This document shows positions 1 to 10,248 of a stretch of DNA of 64,000 nucleotides, one piece after another. The position numbers and the translations under genes are program-made. Under the pieces are notes generated by a model, which was not told the origin of the DNA, did no database searches, and saw only the letters and a program-made list of their open reading frames with translations. Origin of the DNA: an uncultured Verrucomicrobiae bacterium (GTDB taxonomy: Bacteria > Verrucomicrobiota > Verrucomicrobiia > Palsa-1439); contig CAWEWF010000008.1 in the NCBI GenBank assembly GCA_963812605.1, positions 160,001 to 224,000 on the forward strand, written 5' to 3'. Each line of letters opens with the position of its first letter. The stretch's first letter is position 1.

Positions 1-3000
1 TGCGGACTGTGCCATCAAGAGTCGATTGACCACGTGCAGCACAGCATGATGAACCACGGGGCAATGCTCTGGGGCGCGGCTCTCTATAATAATGGTTCGC
101 GTCCCGTTCAAGAATTACCACTACGGTCAGGCTTACGGGCCCGATGGCGAGCCGTTGCGGTTGATCAATCCGTATCCCCCGACGGCTGAAGAGACGCGCA
201 CGAACGGGATTTTGCCTTTTATCGATCCGCTGCCGCGGTTCCCGTTGGGCCAGCCCAGTAATATTCTGCGTATTTTCGAGAAGGGCGGCGAGAAACAAAA
301 CCAGCTCGGCATCCCGAATCCCGATGAACCGCCGGGTCATCCCGAACGACGGCTTTCGGAGCGGGGCCTGGGCACGCTCAACCGCATCGACCCGGTCTTC
401 CTCAATTTGCAGAAGACCCGCCTGAACGACCCCTTGCTGGGATTCATGGGCTCAAACGATCATCCGGGCGATTATCGATCCAGCGGTTGCGCCGCGTGCC
501 ACGTGGTCTACGCCAATGACCGTTCTCCCGCCAACTCCGGCTGGTACAGCAAATACGGCAACCAGGGCCTGAGCTTCACGGGCGATTCCCAGATCTCCAA
601 AAGCGAGCGCGGCCATCCGATCACCCACCAGTTTACCCGCTCCATCCCCAGCAGCCAGTGCATGGTTTGCCACATGCACCAGGGCAATCTTTTTGTGAAT
701 CCCTATCTCGGTTATACGTGGTGGGATCAGGAGTCCGATGGCGAGTTGTTCTATCCCGCGAAACAGAAGAACCCGACCGAAGCCGACCTGGCTGAATCGT
801 TTCGCCGGAACCCCGAGGCTGCCGCCGCGCGCGGGCTGTGGGGCGACCTGGATTTTCTGGAGAAAGTTGCCGAGTTGAATCCGCAACTCCAGCACACGCA
901 GTTGGCCGACTATCACGGCCACGGCTGGATTTTCCGTGCCGTCTTTAAAAAGGATCGTCAGGGAAATCTGCTCGACCTGGACGGAAAGATGATTGCCCAG
1001 GATGACTCGAACAAGTGGGCGAAGGCCGTTCACCTCAAGGACGTGCATCTCGCGCGCGGAATGCAGTGCGTCGATTGCCACTTCCTCAACGACGTGCACG
1101 GCAACGGCAATCTCTACGGTGAGCCGCGCGCCGCCACCAGCATCGAGTGCATCGATTGTCACGGCACCATCACACAGCGACCCACGCTGGTCACCTCCGG
1201 CAATGCCGGTCGATATGCCCTGACAAACTCGACCACATCCTTCGGCCCGCGCTTCGAGTGGGTCGGCAAAAAACTCTATCAGCGTTCCTCAATGAATCCC
1301 GACGTGCGTTGGGAAATCCCGCAGACGATGGACACGATTGATCCGACCTCGCCGCACTACAACGCGAAGTCCGCCTACGCCAAGACCGTGCAGCGCGACG
1401 GTAAGACATGGGGCCAGGCCAACTGTCCCGTGGCGCATGAGAACCGCAGTATCTCCTGCCAGATTTGCCACACGGCGTGGGCGACCAGTTGTTTTGGCTG
1501 CCACCTGCCGATGCGCGCCAACCAACGCGTGCCGACCAACAAGTTCGAGGGACTGACCAGCCGCAATTTTACCACGTACAATCCCCAGGTCGTCCGTGAC
1601 GACGTGTTCATGCTCGGGCGCGACGCCACCTACAAAGACCATCGACTGGCTGTGATCCGCTCTTCCAGCGCCGTGTTGGTGGGCTCGCAAAACGCCAACC
1701 GTGAATGGGTCTACTCCCAACAGCAGACGGTTTCGGCGGAAGGCTACAGCGGCCAGGCGTTCAACCCGCATTTCGCGCATACCACCAGCAGTGTCGGCAC
1801 GACCAAGAATTGCAGCGACTGCCATCTTTCCCAGCAGAACGACAACAATGCCTGGATGGCACAGCTCCTCGGCTTTGGCACCGGCACGGTGAATTTCTTC
1901 GGACGCTATGCCTGGGTCGGTTGCGGCGAAGGCGGCTTCCGCGCCGTCGTATGGACCGAGCCCACCGAGCCGGAGGCTGCCATCGGCAGTCATCTCCAGA
2001 AAATTGCCTACCCGGACAACTATCAAAAACACCAGGAAGCCGGCCGCGTTCTCTCGGAGGCCCATGAGCACCACGGCAGGGACATCCTCGATCTGACGTT
2101 GCGCGGAGAATATCTCTACACCGCCAACGGACCAGGCGGATTCGAGGTCTTCGACGTTGCCAATATCGACAATAAAGGCTTCAGTGAGCGCATCGTCTCC
2201 ACGCCGGTCTCACCCTTGGGCCAGCGCACGCATATACCCACGAAGTTTGCGACCAGCGTCGTGCTGCCCAGCACGCTCGGGATCGACCCGTTGCGCAAAC
2301 ATTTGCCTGAAAACGAAGAGCAACCGATCAACCCCATTTACGGCTTTGCCTATGTCACTGACCGCGAGGAAGGCCTGGTGATCTGCGGCGTTGGCACCCT
2401 CGTTGACGGCGATCCCGACAATAACTTCCTCGACAAAGAAAAGGTCGTGCGCTTCAACCCCGACGGCCGGCTGGATGGTGCCGTGCACGGTTACATGGCC
2501 GGCACCCATCTCTATGTCGTCTGCCGCCGCGGCCTCGAGGTTGTCGATATCAGTGACCCACTTCATCCGAAGATCGAAGGCGAACTAACTGATACCACGC
2601 TGAAGAACCCGCGCGCCATCGTCGTGCAGTTCCGGTATGCGTTTGTCGCCGACGATGAGGGAGTCAAGGTGCTGGATATCACCGATCCGTCGCACCCGCG
2701 CGCCGTACCGGGCGCAGTGGTTGCACTGGCTCATGCTGGTCGGCTCTATGCCGCACGCACCTATCTCTATGTGCCCGACGGCCCGGAGGGCCTGGCGATC
2801 ATCGATATCGAAAATCCCGAAAAACCGCGCCTTGACCAGATGTTCAATGCCAACGGCGTACTCAACGATTGTCGTGCCGTGCAGATTGGCAGTGTCAATG
2901 CTTCGATGTTCGCCTTGGCGGCCGACGGCACAAATGGGTTCCGCGTGGTGCAGCTCATCTCGCCCGATACGGTGCCCGGTTACATGGGCTTCAGCCCGCG

Positions 3001-3307
3001 CCCAAGTCCGAAGCTAATCGCAACGTACCCCATCCACGATGGGTCGGCCCTGGCCGTTTCGCGCGGCCTGGACCGCGATCGCGTCGTGGACGAAACCGGC
3101 AATCAAACCGTGGTCTTTGGAAGACGCGGTTCACGACCCTTCCACGTTGATGAGATGCTGTCCTTCTACCGCCATGGCGCGACCGGTGAACTTTATCGCG
3201 TCTCCGATGAGGTCGGCGGCGACCGGTTGCCGTTCACGCCTTTAGAACCGGCAGGAGTTAATGAGAGTCCGGCAGCGACCAGGCGTATTTTCCCTCGCGG
3301 AGAGTGA
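1..3307 (+). CDS. Large multiheme c-type cytochrome with C-terminal LVIVD-type beta-propeller repeats (5'-truncated by window; 1-nt frameshift near 99)
   Basis: Seven CxxCH motifs in ORF 92..3307 (CAACH, CMVCH, CVDCH, CIDCH, CQICH, CFGCH, CSDCH). An eighth, CGLCH, is at nt 1-15 in frame 1 (CGLCHQESIDHVQHSMMNHGAMLWGAALYNNGS). LVIVD-like repeats (GLEVVDISDP, GVKVLDITDP, GLAIIDIENP) occupy the C-terminal half. Confidence 0.85.
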
Positions 3308-3328
3308 CCCCGGGCCGGGCAACAGGTG

Positions 3329-3874
3329 TCAGCGCCGCGCGGTACCACCTACCGCAGTCACGGTCTCGCAGGGAGTTTCACGTGCCCAGAAGCGTGAGAG
3401 CAGCATCGAGTCGATGTATTTTTTATCGACCGTACGCAATCGTGCGGCGACAGAACGGATGACTCCGAGCAGGAACTTGGCTCCGATTGCAGGATATTGA
3501 TCCAGTATGCTCGTGAACGCCTGCCTGGTAAGCTTGAGTAGTTTGCAGTGACGTTTTGCGACGACATCGGCACAGCGCGGTCCCTCGCTAAACAAGGCGA
3601 TCTCACCGAAGAAATCGCCGGTTTCGAGGGTTGCCAAGATCGTCTCGCGACCATTGGCGAATTCGCTGACGCGCACTTCACCGTCGAAAAGGAGGTACAT
3701 GCAATCGCCGGCGTCGCCCTTTTTGACAATGATTCGGTTTTGATCGATTTCACAAAACTCTATCAGCCCAAGGAACACTTTGGCCTGGTCCTCGGTCATA
3801 TCCGCAAAGACCTTCAGCCTGCGGAGGTGCGCGGGGGTCAAAGCCGAATTTTTTAAGGATTGGACATCTTTCAC
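3329..3874 (-). CDS. Cyclic-nucleotide-binding domain protein (Crp-like sensor without clear HTH)
   Basis: GDAGDCMYLLFDGEVRV...GDFFGEIALFSEGPRCADVVA cNMP-binding signature. Start uncertain; GTG at 3874 chosen. Confidence 0.8.
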   Translation of the reverse strand: MKDVQSLKNSALTPAHLRRLKVFADMTEDQAKVFLGLIEFCEIDQNRIIVKKGDAGDCMYLLFDGEVRVSEFANGRETILATLETGDFFGEIALFSEGPRCADVVAKRHCKLLKLTRQAFTSILDQYPAIGAKFLLGVIRSVAARLRTVDKKYIDSMLLSRFWARETPCETVTAVGGTARR

Positions 3875-4050
3875 TGTCTGAATTCCAAGGCTAATAGGGA
3901 GAGTAGCAACTAGGGCACGGAAGGCAATACCAAAACTCGTCGGCCCTGGGAAACCACGGGTACATCGTGACCTCGTGGAGTAAAAACCCTGATTTGCAAC
4001 CAGTGCACGCTGAATGACCAGATGCAGGAATAGTGGTCGTGAGATTGACG

Positions 4051-4098
4051 TAGCTCTTCGTTGACGCTGCCGGTGATATAGGCCAGCATTCGCTTCCA
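4051..4098 (-). pseudogene. N-terminal remnant of an integrase-core (IS-type) transposase
   Basis: WKRMLAYITGSVNEEL resembles the N-terminus of integrase-core transposases; homology stops abruptly. Recognised from memory only. Confidence 0.4.
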
Positions 4099-4159
4099 AG
4101 ACGTGTTCTGCTCGCCGCGAGGCTCTCCAGGGAAATTCAGCAAGGACGATTTTCTTGAT

Positions 4160-4348
4160 CGTTCGGCACTCGCCATGATGGCGTTTGGCACCGTCCTAGC
4201 TGTCCTGGCTGTTTGGCGGTATCACAAGGTCCATCGCACTATCGAGGAAGGTCGCGTTAAAGCCGATTGCGGGCCGGTCCTTTTGGTCACCGTTCTTGTC
4301 ATACTGCTGACACCGGAAATGCTTGCCTTCATGCTGCTCAACCATTGA
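4160..4348 (+). pseudogene. C-terminal fragment of a YidH/DUF202-like membrane protein
   Basis: ALAMMAFGTVLAVLAVWRYHKVHRTIEEG plus a second TM segment; the N-terminal part is absent. Confidence 0.45.
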
Positions 4349-4570
4349 AGGCGTCTCAGATCATGACGCCGCGCCAGACGGGTCTGGCGCATTTCGGCCG
4401 ATGTCCAACTCCGCCGGCCACGTTTTCCGGTCCGTCAGTTCTGTCATTCTGAGTTGTGCTTGAAACAGCACGGGCGAATCTCACAGAACACGACAGTGCG
4501 TGACAGCGCCACTTACGTGGCCCCTCGGCGTCAGTGCCGGAAACGCTACGCACGTCGGTCGCCGCTTGAA

Positions 4571-4819
4571 CTACGACTCTTGCTGCCTGAGTTGTCGTTC
4601 CGCCTCGACCCAATGCTCGGCATCGTGACCATGTTCGCAACCGCGTGCGAGCCAGATTTCGTAAGCGCGTTTTGCGATTTGTTCTTGGGTCAGAGTGATT
4701 TCTTTCTTCGATGTTTTGGACGCGGGCGTGGTGCTCGCTACCCCGCGTGGTTTCGACTTCGGGTCAACCGGTTGGGACACGATGCCTGACTTACGATTCT
4801 GTTGGACCTCCGTCGTCAT
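4571..4819 (-). CDS. DUF2934 domain protein
   Basis: EQIAKRAYEIWLARGCEHGHDAEHWVEAERQL motif. Confidence 0.85.
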   Translation of the reverse strand: MTTEVQQNRKSGIVSQPVDPKSKPRGVASTTPASKTSKKEITLTQEQIAKRAYEIWLARGCEHGHDAEHWVEAERQLRQQES

Positions 4820-5059
4820 AAATCGATCCTTTCTTTGAATGGTGGTGTACCCTCAGACACAACTGTTTAAGACGCGAATGAAACCCGGTCAAGTGATTAT
4901 TTCTTGTCCCGCCGACCGCAATCGAGTCGGGGGCACAACTTGAGTCGCGTCTCTCCAGTTTCGATATGAAGATCGATGGCAGTCGAAATGTTTCAGACGT
5001 TCCGATGGACTGGCCCGTATGCTTTCTCGTGGGCTTCCTTCCGTGTTGTTCCCCTCGGA

Positions 5060-5295
5060 GAGGAGGACGCACAAGATCTGGCAACGGCGCGGTTTTTTGT
5101 GCGCCTGCAAGCGCTCGCAGCGTGCGGATCCTCCGCGTTGGAATGGTACCGGCTGGCCACTGGACGATTCCCCGACAAGTTGGACGCGCTCGCGCCGCGT
5201 TTCATCACTCAATTGCCTCACGACGGGATCACCGGCGAGCCCTACCAATACCGTCGCACTGCCTTTGGCCAGTTTGTGCTCACTCCGTCGGTTGG
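5060..5295 (+). pseudogene. C-terminal fragment of a PVC-type protein with pseudopilin-like tail
   Basis: SALEWYRLATGRFPDKLDALAPRFITQLPHDGITGEPYQYRRTAFGQFVL..SVG. No good start, and cut off where the convergent GloVer gene ends. Confidence 0.45.
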
Positions 5296-7044
5296 TCACT
5301 TCTCGCCCGACTGGGTTACTGTGAACGTCTCGCCGGCGATGGTGATCGTGCCCGTGAGAATGTTGGTACTCGTGTTGGCTGGTATAGCGTAGGTGACCGT
5401 TCCCTTGCCAACCCCATTCGTACCGGCCGTGATCGTGATAAATGAATCATTGCTAACCGCTGTCCAATCGCAATCACTGAGGTTGGGGTTGACTCTTACA
5501 GTCTTGGCCCCGCCGGTGGCTGTGAAATTGGCGGACTTGGGGCTCAGCTTGAAGGTGCATCCACCAGCATCCTGATTGACGGTGAAGGTCTGGCCGGCAA
5601 TCGTCATCGTGCCGCTCAAGGCCGTGGTGTTCGTGTTGCCGGGGATGGTGTAATCGACCTTGCCGTTGCCCGTGCCGCTGCTGCCGGAAGTGATCGTGAT
5701 GAATGGATCGTTGCTCACCGCCGTCCATTCGCAGCTGGTACCTTTGACTTTTACGATTACGTTTTTCGAGCCGCCCTTGACCGCGAGTGTGACGTTGGTG
5801 GCACTGAGCGTGAAGGTGCAGACGCTGATCGTGTTGGTGTCAAGCCTGAACACGATGCCGTCGCTGTTCGCCCCGCCCTGGCCGGTCGTCCCATAGAAAT
5901 TGCTGTCGCTGCCTTGCACTAGCCCGGCCGCTGGACTGGCCCCATCGTTGGGGGGGCCGGCAAAAGCGTAAAGATTGGTGTAGTTGCCGTGCGGACTGAT
6001 CCGAAACGCGATACCGTTGCCGAACGTCCCGCCTGAGGAGGTCGTCCCGTAGAAATTGCCGTCGCGGCCCTGCACCAGCCCGGCTTGTGGTTCGGCTCCA
6101 TCGCCAGGATAGCCAGCAAAGGAGTAAAAATTCGCGAGGCTTCCGCTGCGACTGATCCGAAACACGTTGCCATAGCCGTTCGTCCCACCCATCACGGTTG
6201 TCCCGTAGAAATCGCCGTCGCTACCCTCGACCAGCCCGGCGACTGGTTCGTATCCATCGCCGGGGTGGCTGCCAAACGAGTAAAGATTCGTGTAGCTGCC
6301 GCTGGGACTGATCCGAAACACGGTGCCGAAGTCGATCGTCCCGCCGAAAGCGGTCGTGCCATAGAAATTACTGTCGCTGCCCTGTACCAGCCCGGCTTGT
6401 GGATTGGCCCCGTCGGTGGGAGAACCGACAAACGAGTAGAGATTCGTGTAGCTGCCGCTGGGACTGATCCGAAACACGGTGCCGTCGGCGTTCGCCCCGC
6501 CCGAGGAGGTCGTCCCGTAGAAATTGCCGTCGCGGCCCTGTACCAGCCCGGCTTGTGGATTGGCCCCGTCGGTCGGAGAGCCGACAAACGAGTAGAGATT
6601 CGTGTAGCTGCCGCTGGGACTGATCCGAAACACGGTGCCAGTGTTGTTCGCACCGCCGAGAAGGGTCGTGCCATAGAAATTGCTGTCGCTGCCTTGTACC
6701 AGCCCGGCAACTGGTTCGTATCCATCGCCGGGGTAGCTGCCAAACGAATAAAGATTCGTGTAGCTGCCGCTGGGACTGATCCGAAATACAGTGCCCAGCC
6801 CTCCGTCGGGTACGTCGTTCGTCCCGCCGAAAGCGGTCGTCCCGTAGAAATTCCCGTCGAGGCCCTGCACCAGCCCGGCTTGTGGATTGGCCCCGTCGGT
6901 GGGAGAGCCGACAAACGAGTAGAGATTCGTGTCCGTCCATGCGTTGGCATTGAACGTCCGACCAGCCAAAACCAAAAGGATCAAGGCGATGATAAACCGG
7001 GGTGTTTTTCCCGTCGCTAGTCCAACTTGAATTGGTTTGTTCAT
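5296..7044 (-). CDS. Secreted GloVer (Gloeo_Verruco) repeat beta-propeller protein with two C-terminal BACON-like domains
   Basis: Signal peptide, then 7 repeats of TNLYSF..DG..P.AGLVQG.D.NFYGTT..GG...G.VFRISP, then two C.WTAVSND.FITIT.G..G.G.G.V.Y BACON-like units. Confidence 0.9.
   Translation of the reverse strand: MNKPIQVGLATGKTPRFIIALILLVLAGRTFNANAWTDTNLYSFVGSPTDGANPQAGLVQGLDGNFYGTTAFGGTNDVPDGGLGTVFRISPSGSYTNLYSFGSYPGDGYEPVAGLVQGSDSNFYGTTLLGGANNTGTVFRISPSGSYTNLYSFVGSPTDGANPQAGLVQGRDGNFYGTTSSGGANADGTVFRISPSGSYTNLYSFVGSPTDGANPQAGLVQGSDSNFYGTTAFGGTIDFGTVFRISPSGSYTNLYSFGSHPGDGYEPVAGLVEGSDGDFYGTTVMGGTNGYGNVFRISRSGSLANFYSFAGYPGDGAEPQAGLVQGRDGNFYGTTSSGGTFGNGIAFRISPHGNYTNLYAFAGPPNDGASPAAGLVQGSDSNFYGTTGQGGANSDGIVFRLDTNTISVCTFTLSATNVTLAVKGGSKNVIVKVKGTSCEWTAVSNDPFITITSGSSGTGNGKVDYTIPGNTNTTALSGTMTIAGQTFTVNQDAGGCTFKLSPKSANFTATGGAKTVRVNPNLSDCDWTAVSNDSFITITAGTNGVGKGTVTYAIPANTSTNILTGTITIAGETFTVTQSGEK
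5845..6935. repeat. Intragenic tandem repeat, about 156-bp period x7
   Basis: For example taccagcccggcttgtggattggccccgtcgg at 6385 and 6541 (156 bp apart). Confidence 0.9.
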
Positions 7045-7607
7045 ACCCGACGCTTCTTTCCAAGACTTTGCCTCACCCTGTCTTTAGCAAGCCGAGACTA
7101 GTATTCTGGCAATGGTAAGTCGAGCCATTCCGCCAAAGTTCCACCACGATCTCCCGTCGCACTTTTCGACCGCCCTTCACACACGACCGAATCAATAAGG
7201 CCCAAACACAAACGCATCAGTGGGTTGAATTATTCTCCGTTACAACTGACCCTATTCGACGGAAAAATTGTCCACACATTCTGGCCTCAACATTGCCATC
7301 CTCGTTCAAGCCGTCCGCTCGGGAACCAATCTCAAACTACATGCCGCGTCAGCCGGAGACGGTCAAACGTGCAGCCTCCTCGGCGGTGATGGGTTTGGAG
7401 TGACGCCACTCACCGAGCGTGCCGCCAAAATCAACCCATTTGCCCGACGCCTTGTCAAAACCAACAGCGGCCTGTCATCCTCCATCTGGAGCGAGTCGAG
7501 CACTCGCCCGTCGAGCAACTTGGAGAACCGGTCGTATGGGTTATCGCGCATCCCCTCGTAGCCGCGGCGGCTCTCGCGTCAGGTCCAACACGATCTCCCA
7601 GCCTGTT

Positions 7608-7799
7608 ATGCGGCGATTCACTCGGTTGACCAACGGGTTTGGCAAAAAGGTCGAGAATTTGGAGCACAACGTCGCGCTGTACTTCATGCACTACAACTTC
7701 TGCCGTATCCACCAGACCTTGCGTTGCACCCCGGCAATGGAAGCGGGGGTAACAGACTATGTTTGGGATTTGAGCGAAGTTGTGGCCTTGTTGGATTGA
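7608..7799 (+). pseudogene. IS1-family-like transposase, C-terminal fragment
   Basis: MRRFTRLTNGFGKKVENLEHNVALYFMHYNFCRIHQTLRCTPAMEAGVTDYVW is the typical C-terminus of IS1-like DDE transposases. Confidence 0.75.
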
Positions 7800-7851
7800 G
7801 CCCGTTTCCTCTTCTTTTAGCGTCCCTCCCGTGGCAGGATTTTGACAGATG

Positions 7852-8766
7852 TCACTCGTACCACAAACCCCACCAACGGGAGGAACTCTTCGCACACTGC
7901 GAGAGCCATGCAGCGAGCGCGTCATTTATCTCCACAACACGACGGCTCCTCTTTTTCGCAACAGCGGCCCCCACTATGATCGTCCTCTCCGCCAGTTTAA
8001 CTGCGCTCCAATCCAGCCTTAGCAGCTCGGCACTCCGCAGTCCGGCGAAAAGTCCAAAGCTGATATAGGCAAGCAGGTCATACTCCGCAGCGTGTTGTAA
8101 GAGGCGGAATGCTTGATCCACAGTAAAGATACTTGGCTCAGAATCCTCAGCGTCGGGGCGCGGGATGCTGGCCGCAATATTATATTCGCACCAGCCGTTG
8201 CCGATGGCGAAATTAAAAAGTTGTGACACCTTCACTGAGTAGTTAATCCGGCTGCGGGCTGATAACGTCGGGTCTTGCAACCAGTCTTTAAGTTCCTCGC
8301 GGCTGATCTCCGCAATGGGCCGGGTGCCGAAAGTCTCCGCGAATACGTTCAGTCGGCAGAACAAGTCTTTGACCGTGCTTTCGCGGCGGTGATTTGATTC
8401 GGCGTCGGCAATTAGCTTGGCGACGATCTCTGAAACGGTCGGGGCGTTGCGGTACTTCAAGACGTGTCCACAGTAATGGTCAACGGCCTCTTTGATAGTG
8501 GCGTTGTGCGGCGTCAACTTCTCGACTGCCTCAGCAGCTTGGCCCCGGACAGATTCGGAAATGGAGAAGGCCGTCGCACCCTGGTTCTCTACCATCTGGC
8601 GGATTTGCGCGGCACGGGTCTCTGCTTCCTCTTTGGTGGCGTAGGCCTCTCGAATCCGTTGGCCGTCGATCATACACGCGACTTGCCAGCCGCGCTTCCC
8701 GCTGGCATACTTCAATTCGTGAATTGGTGGCCATTGTTTCGGCTTCTTTGCTCGCTTGGTTGTCAT
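7852..8766 (-). pseudogene. Tyrosine recombinase / phage-type integrase, C-terminally truncated
   Basis: Arm and core-binding region plus box I (FAGLRSAELLRLDW) and the KKRSRRVV lysine loop. The HxxR and catalytic Tyr region is missing. Adjacent to tRNA-Ser. Confidence 0.8.
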
Positions 8767-8794
8767 GGCGTTGTACTAATTTCCACGCCGCATT

Positions 8795-8840
8795 TTGCCA
8801 CTAATTGCCAAGTGGATTAAGTCATATTTGCGTAAGTCAT
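8795..8840. promoter_or_regulatory. Putative integrase arm-type/att repeats
   Basis: TTGCCA x2 at 10-bp spacing (8795, 8805) and TAAGTCAT x2 (8818, 8833) between the integrase start and the tRNA. Confidence 0.4.
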
Positions 8841-8844
8841 TGAT

Positions 8845-8934
8845 GGAGGGGTGCCAGAGTGGTTGAACGGGCTGGTCTCGAAAACCAGTAATGCCGCAAG
8901 GCATTCGTGGGTTCGAATCCCACCCCCTCCGCCA
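8845..8934 (+). tRNA. tRNA-Ser(CGA)
   Basis: GGAGGGG/CCCCTCC acceptor stem, anticodon arm CTGGT-CTCGAAA-ACCAG, long variable arm (ATGCC-GCAA-GGCAT), GTTCGAATCC T-loop, encoded CCA. Confidence 0.97.
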
Positions 8935-8935
8935 C

Positions 8936-10248
8936 TCACCGGTTGGGATTCCCGCGATAGGCGCGCGCCAGCAGCGTGACGGGGTGCACGACCTTGATAT
9001 CCAGGCCGAATTCCTGTGCGCCGTAACGGATCTGGCCGATGCAGCCGGGATTTCCGGTCGCAACGACTGACGCGCCGGACGCGGCGATGTGTTTCATTTT
9101 GCGTTCGAGCAGTGTCCGGCTCATCTCCGGCTGGGTGATGTTGTAAATGCCCGCCGAACCACAGCACCACGTGGCCTCGGCCAACTCGACCAGTTCCACA
9201 CCGGGAATCGCGCGCAACAGTTCGCGCGGCTGCTGCGAGATCTTTTGCCCGTGCACGAGATGACACGCCTCGTGGTACGTCACGCGCGTCGTTGCGGGCC
9301 GTGCGTCCTCACGGGGCGGTTGAATGCCGATCTTCACCAGCCATTCATGGATGTCGTGGACTTTCTCGTCCCAGAGCCCGGCGCGTGGATCCTCCGGCAG
9401 CAGATGCCCGTAACGTTTCATGAAAGAACCGCAGCCGGCGCTATTGACGATGATCGCGTCGAGTTTCTCCAACGGGAAAACGTCGAGGTTCCGCAGGGCC
9501 AGCCTTCTCGCCAGCCCAAGTTCACCGTTATGTCCCATCAACGAACCACAGCAGCACTGACTGCGTGGTGTGAAGACTTCGCAGCCATTCGCCAGCAATA
9601 CATCCACCGTGTCGCGGTTCACGTCCGCATAGGCGACGTCCTGTACACAGCCCACCAACAAGCCAACGCGATAGCGACTCGGACCTGCGGGTGACTCGGT
9701 TTCCCGTATCAAATCGAAGGAGAACCTTGTCGCAAATCTTCGGCTGCTGCGCGCGCAATTCCCGCAGCCGCTTCGGCAAAAGCGACGCGAATGCCCGGGA
9801 AAAACCGGCGAGCCTCGTCGAGACGAAGAAGTTTCGCGATGAAACGCAGCCGCTGGGGCCTGGCGAACAACCACCGCAACGCGAATGCTCGAAGGAAGTC
9901 GCGCGTCGCACCGGCTTTCGCTCCGCTGGATTCGACCTCGGCGCGGGCATACTCAATCATCTCGGCATAGTTCACTCCCGCCGGACAAGCGGTTTCACAG
10001 GCCAGACAACCGAGACAGAAATACATTTCGTCGGCAAACTGCGGAGAATTCGGCGCGAGCCGGTGGTCCGCCACCGCCCGCATCAAGGCGATCCGCCCCC
10101 GCGGGCTGCTGGTCTCGTGCTTCGTCGCCTCGTAGGTGGGACACGTGGGCAAACACATCCCGCAATGGATGCATTGCTGCAGGATGGAGTAGTCGAGCTG
10201 CTTCAGCAGACCTGGCTCAGTCGAAGATTTTGCCGGGATTGAGGACAT
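8936..10248 (-). CDS. glcF: Glycolate oxidase Fe-S subunit (two indels around 9720-9830)
   Basis: CIHCGMCLPTCP and CLGCLACETACP 4Fe-4S motifs, two CCG domains (CCCGSL, WCCGSAGIY). Split over three frames. Confidence 0.85.

Noticed and set aside
5845-6935. Regular repeats as a CRISPR array or DGR template/variable pair
   Set aside because: 156-bp in-frame coding repeats; no spacers, cas genes or reverse transcriptase, and differences are not adenine-specific.
7129-7135. TCCGCCA as a duplicated tRNA 3' end (att site)
   Set aside because: Only 7 bp, expected by chance, and on the wrong side for a 3'-end duplication.
7268-7276. TTGTCCACA DnaA-box-like 9-mer
   Set aside because: Single copy, with no cluster or origin-associated genes.
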